Positions 1 to 9,489 of a stretch of DNA of 32,000 bases are shown here, in pieces (within the stretch, counting starts at the first letter, position 1; the number at the start of each line of letters is the position of its first letter). The notes beneath the pieces are model-generated. The model was given only the letters and a program-made list of their open reading frames with translations, did no database searches and had not been told where the DNA came from. The translations under genes and the position numbers were made by a program. The DNA lies in the NCBI RefSeq assembly GCF_000008305.1, contig NC_006055.1, positions 570,001 to 602,000 of the forward strand, read 5' to 3'. The stretch is from Mesoplasma florum L1 (GTDB taxonomy: Bacteria > Bacillota_I > Bacilli_A > Mycoplasmatales > Mycoplasmataceae).

Positions 1-319
1 TAAAAATATTACCATTTTTAAAAATCATAGTTAAATCAGCAATATCTCCAAGAACTCCTAGTTTTACATCTTCTATTTGTTCTAAACCATATTGTTTAAT
101 TTGACTTGCTGTTTGAATAAATTTGCTTATTGTAAATAATCTTTTATTTGTTAATAAAATCATATGCGCAAAAGCGTTTATTTCTCCAACAATAATATCA
201 ATTACATATTCATCAGATAAAAAGTATTTTTCTACTTCATTAAATTCTTTTTTATCTATCAGTTGATATTTATCAAAATTATAAATCTCTAATTTACTTA
301 AATACTCTTTATTGTTCAT
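1..319 (-). CDS. hypothetical protein, bacterial PH-domain-like (YokE/bPH type); C-terminal part lies outside the window
   Basis: ATG at 317-319 (rc) and open to the window edge. Translation is MNNKEYLSKLEIYNFDKYQLIDKKEFNEVEKYFLSDEYVIDIIVGEINAFAHMILLTNKRLFTISKF... The hydrophobic-LTNKRL-hydrophobic strand is typical of bacterial PH domains. Family assignment is from memory only. Confidence 0.5.
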   Translation of the reverse strand, partial: MNNKEYLSKLEIYNFDKYQLIDKKEFNEVEKYFLSDEYVIDIIVGEINAFAHMILLTNKRLFTISKFIQTASQIKQYGLEQIEDVKLGVLGDIADLTMIFKNGNIF

Positions 320-337
320 AAATAGATTATAACAAAT

Positions 338-368
338 AAAAAAACCACATTAAGATATGGTGTTTTTA
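338..368 (-). terminator. rho-independent terminator (bidirectional-looking hairpin)
   Basis: ACCACAT (344-350) / ATATGGT (355-361) stem with one mismatch and loop TAAG. Flanked by an A-run on + (a T-run on the minus transcript). Lies directly after the stop of the 385-774 gene. Confidence 0.5.
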
Positions 369-384
369 TTACAACAAATGTTTG

Positions 385-774
385 TTAATTTAGCATTTCT
401 TCAATTTCTTTTTCTAAAATTGATGCTTCCTTTTTAAATTTAATAATCATACTTTTATTGTTAGAATTTTTATTTATTGCTTTAATTTTATCTTCTAATT
501 CTATTTGCTTTAACTTTAAAGATGTCATATTGCATTCATTAATTGAAATGTCATTTTTTTCTTTTTTATTATTTGAATTTTTGTTATATAAAATTCAAAA
601 TGGAATTGCTCCCACAAATGGGAAAATGGCTAAAGTTGCTAATAAACCCAACCAAACACCAGATTGCTTTCCTTGCTTGCATTTTTTAATAGCTAAAAAA
701 CTAAATGCAGTTACAAAAATTAAAATAAATAAATAACATGCTATGTAAATAAGTATAAAAGCTCAAGTTGGCAT
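385..774 (-). CDS. small membrane protein, N-terminal 2xTM plus Lys/Asn-rich coiled-coil tail (129 aa), unknown function
   Basis: ATG 772-774, TAA 385-387, with two in-frame TGA=Trp. Translation is MPTWAFILIYIACYLFILIFVTAFSFLAIKK...GVWLGLLATLAIFPFVGAIPFWILYNKNSNNKKEKND...LKLKQIELEDKIKAINK...ILEKEIEEMLN. Same architecture as the adjacent upstream gene. Confidence 0.6.
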
Positions 775-775
775 A

Positions 776-1255
776 CTAGTTTTCTCCCTTTAAAAAATTG
801 ATTTTATTTTTGCAAGTAATTATTTCTACTTTTGTTATTTCTATTTCTTTTTTAAGATTGATAATTTCTTTATTCAATGTTGATAAATTTTCTTTGATGA
901 CCCCAGATTTTTTATTATTCTTTAATTCTTCTCTTAATCTTAACTTTGAGTTTTGAAAAGAAAGTTTAGAATTTAACTTTTCTAATTCACTTAGTGCATT
1001 TTGTAAAAAAATATTGTCTATATTATTATTCTTACTATCAGGTAATTTATGTTTAACTATTTCACTTTTTTGGACGTTATCATTATTTTTTTTATATTTT
1101 TCATACATAATGAAACACAGTACAATACCAAGTAACGCACTACCTAAAAAACCAACTAAAAACCCTCATGGATTACCATTAAAACATAATTCGGCACCAT
1201 AATATGTCAGTCCTACAGCTAAAATTATTACAAATATTATTATAAATATACTCAT
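776..1255 (-). CDS. small membrane protein, N-terminal 2xTM plus coiled-coil tail (159 aa), unknown function
   Basis: Extends ORF 776-1108 upstream through an in-frame TGA to ATG 1253-1255. Translation is MSIFIIIFVIILAVGLTYYGAELCFNGNPWGFLVGFLGSALLGIVLCFIMYEKYKKNNDN... followed by heptad-like LNSKLSFQNSKLRLREELK...INLKKEIEITKVEI. Confidence 0.65.
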
Positions 1256-1289
1256 TTTATCACCTTATCTTTTATCTTATTTTAGCAAA

Positions 1290-1306
1290 ACCACATTATA
1301 TGTGGT
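1290..1306 (-). terminator. rho-independent terminator after the DHH gene
   Basis: Perfect ACCACAT/ATGTGGT stem with a 3-nt loop, abutting stop codon 1307-1309. A-run 1287-1290 on + gives the T-tract on the minus transcript. Confidence 0.55.
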
Positions 1307-2251
1307 CTATTCATTATCAATTATTATTTGATTTGCATCTTCAACAATTTGCATTGCTTCATCTAAACTGTTAATGATTGCTCCAGCAGCCATTTTGTGA
1401 CCACCTCCACCTCATTTAACAGCTAATTCATTAACTGCAATACCATTTGAACGGAATTCAACTCTTCATTTTCCATCTTCTCTGATTGAGAAAGTGATTC
1501 AAATGTCAATTCCTTCTAAGTCTTTTAATAAGTTTGAAAATTTACCATTTTCTTCATAACTTAAATTATATTTTTTCATTAACTCATCTGGTAAGATGAT
1601 ATATCCAACTTTGTGATCAGTAACTTTAGCTGATGCTATTAATTCTGATTGTAAAGCTAAAACTGGGAATGAACGTTTGTACATAGTTTTATACATTTCA
1701 AACACATCAAAACCTGTCTCAATTAATCTAGCACATACTTCAAAAGTTCTTGGTGTAATACCACCAAATAAAAATCTTCCACTGTCTGTACAAATTCCAT
1801 GATAAATTACTCTAGCTGCAACTGGTGTTATTTCTCAGTTATTATTAACAGCTAAATCTCCAACCATTTCACTTGCACTTGTATAATTTACATCAACTCA
1901 TGATAGATCTCCATATGGTGTTGCATCTGGGTGGTGATCAATTTTTAGTAAAAATGCACCCTTATCATAATTTTGATTATCAATTCTTTCAACATTACCA
2001 CAATCAGTTACAATAACTAATGCATCCTTAAATATTGCTTCATCTGTAAAAACATCAGGTGTTCCAGCATGTTTTAAATATCCAATTTCTTCACCAAATG
2101 CATAAACTTCTTTATTTGGGTAATTTGTTTTAATTAATTCTTTTAAGCCTAATTGTGAACCATAAGCATCTCCATCTGGAACAATATGTCTTAAAATAAT
2201 TATCTTGTCATATTTTTCTATAACTTGTTTTATTTGTTTATAAATTGTCAT
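1307..2251 (-). CDS. nrnA: DHH/DHHA1 family phosphoesterase (NrnA-like oligoribonuclease/pAp phosphatase), 314 aa
   Basis: Joins ORFs 1499-1705 and 1898-2251 across TGA codons in one frame (945 nt). Motifs seen: HIVPDGDAYGS, VTDCG, KIDHHPD (DHH), and C-terminal GGGGHKMAAGA (DHHA1 GGGH). Confidence 0.8.
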
Positions 2252-2311
2252 AATTCTCCTTATATTATTAATATTTTACCAACTATTTGATAGAACTTTT
2301 TATTTTACAAT

Positions 2312-2338
2312 AAAAAAAGCAATTCCTTACGGAATTAC
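2312..2338 (-). terminator. rho-independent terminator after the 558-aa membrane protein gene
   Basis: Minus-strand GTAATTCC-GTAA-GGAATTGC hairpin followed by TTTTTTT. Confidence 0.6.
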
Positions 2339-2365
2339 TAATTTTTATTAATATTAAAGAGCTAA

Positions 2366-4042
2366 TTATTTAGCTGCTTTTGTAGATTTTGTAGATTTTT
2401 TTGCTTTTGCATTTTTTAATGCATCTGCTTCAACTGCTTTACGTAATTCTCTAGCCATGTTTGGTGAAATTAAGTTGTTGATTAAGAAACTTGAAATTGA
2501 TAAGTAAATTCAGAATCCAACTAAAGTAACTCCATTAATTGCTGAGAAAATGCTTTGTAAGCTATGTCCATCTGGTCCATATAAAGCCATAAAGTTTGAA
2601 ACAGTAGCAATAGTTCATGCGATCATTGGTAAAATGATTCCATCAACTAATAATTTTTTAGATAATGTTTTGTGTTGTTTAAAGCTATCTACTAATGTAG
2701 CGATTACATAGAATATTAAACTTGTTGATAATACTAAGTAAGCTACTGCTGAGAATCAAACTCAAATTTGAGCTGATGATCCCGGAGCAACGATGTTAAC
2801 TTTTGATACACCAACAATTCCTGCTGAAATTGTAATGAAAGTTAATACGTATAATGAGTAGAAAATAATAGCTGGTTTAACTAAAATATTTTTGATGTTT
2901 TTGTATTGTTCATTTCTGAAGATCATTAATGAATGAGCAATAATAGTTAAAATTACTCAAGAAACGAAGAATGTAGCTGCTACAGCTAATGTTCTTACAT
3001 CACCTGTTAAATTAGAAACTAATCCATTAATTAATCCACCAACAAATGCTGAAATAATAATTGCTGGGATAAACATTGCAACTAAGAAGAAGTTAAATTT
3101 AAAGATTTCTAAACTATAAATTTTTCATCCTAAATTGTTATCCGCTTTATCTTGTAATGCTTTGTGATAAGCAATTGAGTATTTTGAACCTGTTGCACAG
3201 TATTCATATCCACGTTTTAAGTCGAAGAATAATTCATCTCCACGACCATTGATTGAACGTCTTCTTTCTTTTTCATACATTTCTTTGATTGATTCTGTAA
3301 CAACTTTTGCTGCTTCAGCAAAAACTGTTAAGTCTCCTTCTTTGATAAGTACTGAACAAATTTCATCCATCATAATGTTTAAGAATTCTGGTTTGAAGGC
3401 CAATCCTGAATATGCTGCATAATCAGCTTTAACTGCATCAAAGTTTCCTTCTGCCAATTTAACTTGTAATCCTTCAGTAAATGAAATTGTTTTTTGGTAG
3501 TTGTATAAAACATTTGATTGACGGTTTTTCATGTATGATTTCATTCCAATAACTGTTCCAAATAATAATTGTTTTGTTAATGGTACAAACATTGCAAATA
3601 CTCCCCCAACTAAAATCATTTTGAATGGATCCAATAATGTTTTTAATAATGAGTTTGCTGCCATAAATCCGTTTAAAACATATGTACCAGCTCCAGCTTT
3701 ATCATTTGCTGCTTCAATTAATGCATTGATAAATGCAATATTTGTTGATCCACCTAATGATAATGCAGATGAAGTAATTATTCCAGATGGTAATGTTCCA
3801 CCATTAAATAACATTGCTGCATTTAAATCTGTATATTTTTCAAAAAATGCAGTTCATGCGTTTGATTCACTTAAACCAGCAACCATGATAAGATCATCTA
3901 AAGTTTTGTTTCAGTTTGTACCTGATCCCAATTGAACTGCACCGATGTTGTAAATAGCAACTGAATCAATTCAAGCTGAGTAACCAAAGTAAATAACTGC
4001 AACAACTAGTAATAAAATAACTAATCTAACTGTTTTTCTCAT
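2366..4042 (-). CDS. polytopic membrane protein of unknown function (558 aa): N-terminal TM, ~300-aa soluble region, C-terminal multi-TM bundle, Lys-rich tail
   Basis: ATG 4040-4042, TAA 2366-2368, 1677 nt in one frame containing ORF 3125-3814. N-terminus is MRKTVRLVILLLVVAVIYFGYSAW. The C-terminal half is hydrophobic (…FFLVAMFIPAIIISAFVGGL…, …WVWFSAVAYLVLSTSLIFYVIATL…). Ends …KNAKAKKSTKSTKAAK. Confidence 0.7.
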
Positions 4043-4080
4043 TTTCTCTATTCCTTTCTTTTAACCAAAATATTATAACA

Positions 4081-4109
4081 AAAAAAATCAGTGTCAATAC
4101 TGATTTTTT
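4081..4109 (-). terminator. rho-independent terminator after leuS
   Basis: ATCAGT-GTCAAT-ACTGAT hairpin (4087-4104) flanked by A-run and T-run. Confidence 0.65.
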
Positions 4110-4123
4110 GTTTTTTTGCACCC

Positions 4124-6529
4124 TTATTTAATAACTATGTTAACAATTCTGTCAACTACAGCAATCTCTTTAATGATTTCTTTATCTTTAATATAGCTAA
4201 TAATGCTCTCTTGTTTCTTAGCTAATTCTAATAATTTATCTTTAATAGTTCCTTTTTCTACTTCAATAGTAGCTCTTAATTTACCATTAATTTGTAGAGC
4301 AATAACAACTGTGTTTGAAACTAATTTACTTGGATCAAAAACTGGTCAAGCTTGTTTTGTAATTGAAGGAGCATGTCCTAGTTTTTCTCATAATTCTTCT
4401 CCAATGAATGGAGCATAAATACTTAACATTTTTACAAATCCTTCAATGTAAGGACGATATACTGGTCCTTCATGTTTATAAACTGCGTTAACAAATATCA
4501 TTAATTGTGATATTGCTGTATTAAATTTTAATGATTCAATCATTTCACTTACATTTTTAACTACATCATTATAAACAAAGTCTAGTTTAGTATCATTTAC
4601 ATCAGTTAATTCAGTAGTCATAACCATTCTATAAGCTCTATGAATTCATTTTAAAGCAGAATCTAATCCATCTTCACTTCATGGTAATGAAGCATCTAAT
4701 GGTCCCATGAACATTTCATATAATCTTAAACTATCAGCACCATGTGTTGAAACAATGTCATCAGGATTAATTACATTTCCTCATGATTTAGACATTTTTC
4801 TTCCATCTGGTCCTAAAATCATTCCTTGATTAAATAATTGTTTAAACGGTTCTTTAACTGAAGTAATTCCTAGATCATATAATACATAGTTTCAAAATCT
4901 TGCGTATAGTAAATGACCAACAGCATGTTCTTGTCCACCAACATATAAATCAACTGGCATTCATTTTTCAAAACGTTTTTTAGCTTCTGCACTATCAATG
5001 TCAATAAATTCATTTTCTCCATCAGCTAAAATATAAGCTAAGTAATATCAACTTGAACCTGCAGATTGAGGCATTGTGTTTGTTTCTCTTCTATATTTAA
5101 CACCATCAATTTCTACATTAACTCATTCTTCAACATTGGCTAATGGTGATTCTCCAGTACCACTTGGTTTAATATTTTTAATTCTTGGTAATTCAACTGG
5201 TAAATCCTCAATTAATGTTATTTCTTGATTTGGTCCATATAAGACTGGGAAAGGTTCACCATAAAATCTTTGACGTGAGAATAATCAATCTCTTAATTTA
5301 TAGTTTGTTTGTTCTCTTCCTCAACCTTGTTCAATAGCAATTTTTGTCATTGTTTGAATAGCTTGTTTTTTATCCATCCCATTTAAAATATCTGAGTTGA
5401 TAATTTTACCTTCTCCAACAAAAGCTTTTTCATCAGTTTTGTTTTCAATAACAAATTTTTTCTCTAAGTTGAATTTAGTTGCAAATTCTCAATCTCTTTT
5501 ATCGTGAGCAGGGACTGCCATAACAGCACCAGTTCCATAATTTGCTAATACATAATCACTAACTCAAACTTGAACTAATTCATTAGTATGTGGATTAGTT
5601 GCATAGCTTCCAGTGAAAACTCCAGTTTTTGGTTTTGATTCATCTTTACGATCAATCTCTGATTTATTTTTTGCTAATTCGATATAAGTTTGTACTTCTT
5701 TTAATTGTTCTGGAGTTGTAATGTTTAATACTTGTTCATGCTCTGGAGCTAAAACAATATAACTAACTCCATAGATAGTGTCTATTCTAGTAGTGAATAC
5801 AGGAACTTTAATATTGTTAACTAAAAAGTCTAATTCAACACCAGTTGATTTACCAATTCAGTTTCTTTGTAAGTCTTTGATTGAACTATTTCATTCTAAT
5901 TCATCTAATCCTTCTAATAAACGATCAGCATATTCTGTAATTTTTAAAACTCATTGACGCATTTTACGTTTAGTTACAGGATGCTCTCCACGTTCACTAA
6001 CCATTAATCCATCTTTTTCAATAATTTCATCATTAGCTAAAACAGTTCCTAATTCTTGACATCAGTTAACTTCAACATCACGGTTTTCTGCTAAACCTTT
6101 TTTATACAGTTGATTAAATATTCATTGTGTTATTTTGTAATAGTTTGGATTAGCTGTTGATATTTCTTTATCAAAATCATAACTAAATCCCATCATTTTT
6201 AATTGGCGTTTAAATGTTTTAATATTTTCTAAAGTGAAATCAATTGGATCATTACCTGTTTTTAATGCATATTGTTCTGCTGGTAATCCAAATGCATCTC
6301 AACCCATTGGGTGTAAAACATCATATCCATTCATTCTTTTATAACGAGAAAAAACATCAGTTGCAGTATAACCTTTAACATGACCAACATGAATACCTGC
6401 TCCACTTGGGTATGGGAACATATCCAATACATAAGATTTTTTATCAGATGTATTAGTTGTTTTATTTGTATTATTTTCTTCTCAATATTTTTTTCATTTC
6501 TTTTCAATCGCTTTATGTGAAAATTCCAT
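4124..6529 (-). CDS. leuS: leucine--tRNA ligase (801 aa)
   Basis: ATG 6527-6529, TAA 4124-4126, 2406 nt, with many in-frame TGA=Trp. Contains the class I HIGH-type motif ([16 protein letters not shown]) and the KMSKS motif (GRKMSKSWGNV). Alignable by eye over its whole length with bacterial LeuS. Confidence 0.97.
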
Positions 6530-6580
6530 TTTAAACTCCTTGTAAATATAAACTATTATTAATTTTACTATTTTTAAAAA

Positions 6581-6613
6581 ATAAAAAAAGTAATAATCAA
6601 ATGATTATTACTT
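6581..6613 (-). terminator. rho-independent terminator after tRNA-Ile
   Basis: Perfect 12-bp inverted repeat AAGTAATAATCA/TGATTATTACTT (6588-6613), followed on the minus strand by TTTTTTTATTTTTT. Confidence 0.7.
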
Positions 6614-6624
6614 GTGATATCTAA

Positions 6625-6701
6625 TGGTCGGAATAATTGGACTTGAACCAACGACCTCTCCGTTATCAGCGGAGTGCTCTAACCAGCTGAGCTATATTCC
6701 G
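6625..6701 (-). tRNA. tRNA-Ile (anticodon GAT), CCA encoded
   Basis: rc = CGGAATATAGCTCAGCTGGTTAGAGCACTCCGCTGATAACGGAGAGGTCGTTGGTTCAAGTCCAATTATTCCGACCA. Cloverleaf folds by hand. Anticodon loop is CTGATAA. Confidence 0.95.
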
Positions 6702-6709
6702 AAAACAAA

Positions 6710-6741
6710 AATATTGTATTATTTTTACAATATTAAGTCAA
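6710..6741 (-). promoter_or_regulatory. candidate sigma-70-type promoter for tRNA-Ile, overlapping the hairpin that probably terminates the upstream orphan gene
   Basis: Minus strand reads TTGACT (6736-6741), a 17-nt spacer, TACAAT (6713-6718), then 11 nt to tRNA position 1. The same bases form the hairpin AATATTGTA/TACAATATT (6710-6734), which is followed by TTTTGTTTT. Confidence 0.45.
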
Positions 6742-6774
6742 TAGAAAAACATTAAATTTATATTTTTATTAAAT

Positions 6775-8544
6775 TTATATTTCTTCTTCATATGCTGGAC
6801 TATATAAAAATAATTCTTTGTTATAAGTTTTTAATACATTTTCTGTGTCCACAAAAAGAAATTTTGAATAAAAAGATTCAGTATTTCATTTCAATGGTGC
6901 AGTAACAAATGCAGCAACATATTTTGCATTTCTAATTTTTTTAAAAAAATCTTCTTTGCTTATATTTTCCGGTATCCTATTTTTTTCAAAAAGCTTATCA
7001 TAATAGTCATAAATAACATTTTGCGCACTATGAATTAAATTAGCTGATGTTTCTATTTGATTAAATAAGTCTCTAGACCCAATTCCAGTAGGACTTGCTT
7101 TATTACAAATCAGATAAGTTTGATCATTATCTGCAAAAACTATTAAATCACATATTTCAACATTTTTAATAGTTATTCTATCAGCCAATATAATATCCTT
7201 GTTATCTTTTTTTGATAAAAAAGAATCATTATATTTTTTTTCATTAATTCTATGACTTTTGTTTTTAAACAATTTTTTTGCTTTATAAACATCTTCTAAT
7301 TCTTTTTTGCTTTTTTCATTCAATTTTTTAAAAGATAATTTTATATGTTCATCATAGGTTTGATCTAAAATATATCACTTTCCACCGTTTAAATATATTT
7401 CTCCTTCTTGGGTAATATAAATGTAATCAATAATATTTTTCAATTTCTGTTTTTTAATTTCCTTATTTTCCTCATCGAATATTGTTATTTCTCAATTCAT
7501 AAAAAAATTTCTAATTTTATTTTTTGAAAATGAAACATCCCTATTAGGTGCTTTTTCAAAATTAAATTTAACAAAATCACTGTAAATATTTTCAAATGTT
7601 GGAATTACATCATATTCCTTTCTAAATTTACCATCTCTAGATTCAATAATCCATTTAGCAGCATTAAAATAGTCAGCATAATCAGACCATGTTATAGTTA
7701 TTTCTTTTTTATCAATTGTTTCAAAAATTTCATAAAATTCATCAAAGTATTTTTCATTTAAGCCATTTTCTGCAAATTCACTTACAGGTTTCCAATATGA
7801 TAATCAAAGTTTAGGTTCTTTTTTAGAAATACTAGAAATACTAGAAATATATTTTTTAAATTCTTGCGGCGAAACTGATTTTTTTATTTCAAAAAAATCA
7901 GCTGCATTTATTTTGTTTTTAGAAAATTCATCTTCGCTTGTTCCCTCATCAATAATTCCTAACTCTTTTGATACATTGAAAGTTGTTTCCAAATCTAAAT
8001 TTTTGATGTTATTTGAAAATTGAATTTCACTTGTTATTGTTGAATTACTTCTATTATAGTTTGTAGATTGTATTCTTTTTCCTCTTATCGGTTTTTCAAC
8101 AAATTTTTGTAAAACAGGTTCAGTTCCATCATATAGTCTTGTTATAATTTCTTTTCCAAAATCTTTAACAATGAACTCACTTATATAGTTACTTGCATGA
8201 CCACCTGTTGATGCATAAAGCTCATTTTCATATGCAATTAAGAAAATAAATGATACAGATGTGTTAACTAAATTATCAAAATGTTGATCTTTAAAAAAAT
8301 TAGATAAACCACTCATCCATGATATTTCCGCATCTTTTATGTAGACAAGAGCAGCAATATTTTCATCATCAGATTCTTCATTATATATTCAAAAATTATT
8401 TTCAACCAAACTATTTTTATCAATTATATATTGAAAAATTAAGTCTTTAATGATTGATAGATTCATTTCTTCATTATGTCTTTGTAATTCATTTTCTCAT
8501 ATTTTTTTTGTATCTAATTTGTATATTCTAAAACTTTGATTCAT
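6775..8544 (-). CDS. orphan 589-aa protein with a C-terminal PD-(D/E)xK-like nuclease motif; resembles the TIGR04141/DUF6119 'sporadically distributed' family (candidate defence protein)
   Basis: ATG 8542-8544 preceded by AAAGGAGAC, TAA 6775-6777, 1770 nt. I translated codon by codon across 6775-8544 and the only in-frame stops are 6 TGA. This joins ORFs 6886-7323 and 7804-8316. C-terminal segment is ILADRITIKNVEICDLIVFADNDQTYLICNKASPTGIGSRDLFNQIETSANLI. CDS call is confident, function is not. Confidence 0.8.
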
Positions 8545-8587
8545 TTGTCTCCTTTAAAATCTCTATATAATTTTAATATATTCATAA

Positions 8588-8611
8588 TAAAAAAAGACAG
8601 CATTTGCCATC
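8588..8611 (-). terminator. rho-independent terminator after rpsI
   Basis: Minus-strand GAUGGC-AAAU-GCUGUC hairpin (two G.U pairs) followed by TTTTTTTATT. Confidence 0.5.
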
Positions 8612-8641
8612 TTTTAAATATATATTGCTGAAAATATATGA

Positions 8642-9037
8642 TTAACGTTTTGAGTATTGAGGTGCTCTACGTGCTCCACGAAGACCGTATTTTTTACGTT
8701 CTTTAATACGTGCATCACGTGTTAGTAACCCAACAGCTCTTAACCCTTTACGGTAATCTTCACTAGCTACTAATAATGCTCTAGCAATCCCTAAACGAGT
8801 TGCTCCAGCTTGACCAGTAAACCCTCCGCCTTTAACTGTAACAGTGATATCAAAATCTTTTTCTGTTCCAGTTGCTACAAGTGGTTGTTCTAAGTCTTGA
8901 ACTAATGTTGGATATGGGAAGAATTCTAATGCAGGAACACCATTAACAATGATGTTTCCTTTTCCAGGAGTTAAGATAACTTGAGCTACAGAAGTTTTTC
9001 TTCTTCCAGTTCCTCTATAAATAACTTTTTCTGCCAT
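8642..9037 (-). CDS. rpsI: 30S ribosomal protein S9
   Basis: 131-aa ORF ending ...[17 protein letters not shown], the canonical S9 C-terminus. Its ATG overlaps the rplM stop (TAATG). Confidence 0.97.
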   Translation of the reverse strand: MAEKVIYRGTGRRKTSVAQVILTPGKGNIIVNGVPALEFFPYPTLVQDLEQPLVATGTEKDFDITVTVKGGGFTGQAGATRLGIARALLVASEDYRKGLRAVGLLTRDARIKERKKYGLRGARRAPQYSKR

Positions 9038-9489
9038 TATTTGTTATCTCCTTTTTTTACAAATGTTAAAACTTCTGGTTTTTGAGCTGCGTAAGGGTGG
9101 TTTTCACCAACAAATACGTGTAATGCTCTAAATTGATTTCTTCCTTGTACATTTTTTGGTAACATCAAACGAATTGAACGTTCTAAAATTTTAGTTGCGT
9201 CTAATTCTCTTTGAACTGCTACAGTTCTTCTTCTTAGTCCACCTGGGTGCATTGAGTGGTGGTAGTATGTTTTATCTGATTCTTTTTTACCAGTAAATAA
9301 TACTTTCTCAGCGTTAATGATGATAACGTGATCACCATTGTTCATGTGAGGTGTGAAGTCAACTTTATGTTTACCTCTTAAGATTCTAGCTACTTCTGTA
9401 GATAATCTCCCCACATTTTGTCCTGCTGCATCAACGATATATCAATTTTTTTTGATGTCTTTTGCAGCAATTAATGTTGTTTGTTTCAT
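9037..9489 (-). CDS. rplM: 50S ribosomal protein L13 (150 aa)
   Basis: ORF 9037-9414 extended through an in-frame TGA to ATG 9487-9489, which has the SD AGAGGAG upstream. Translation is [42 protein letters not shown]..., a typical L13 N-terminus. Confidence 0.95.

Noticed and set aside
341-1298. Shared 12-mer AAAACCACATTA in two terminators (341-352 and 1287-1298)
   Set aside because: This is a short match inside two independent hairpin terminators. There is no extended flanking similarity, so it is probably chance or a convergent terminator design.
6530-6624. T-box leader upstream of leuS
   Set aside because: Only ~95 nt separate leuS from tRNA-Ile, and about a third of that is the tRNA terminator. 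There is no room for a specifier or antiterminator structure and no T-box sequence was seen.
6702-8641. Mobile-element hallmarks around the orphan gene (integrase, transposase, long att direct repeats, partial tRNA duplication)
   Set aside because: None was found. The flanks share only AT-rich similarity of 13 nt or less (TTAAAT-w-TATATT), which is not significant in this composition. The 'island' idea therefore rests on context and codon hints only.
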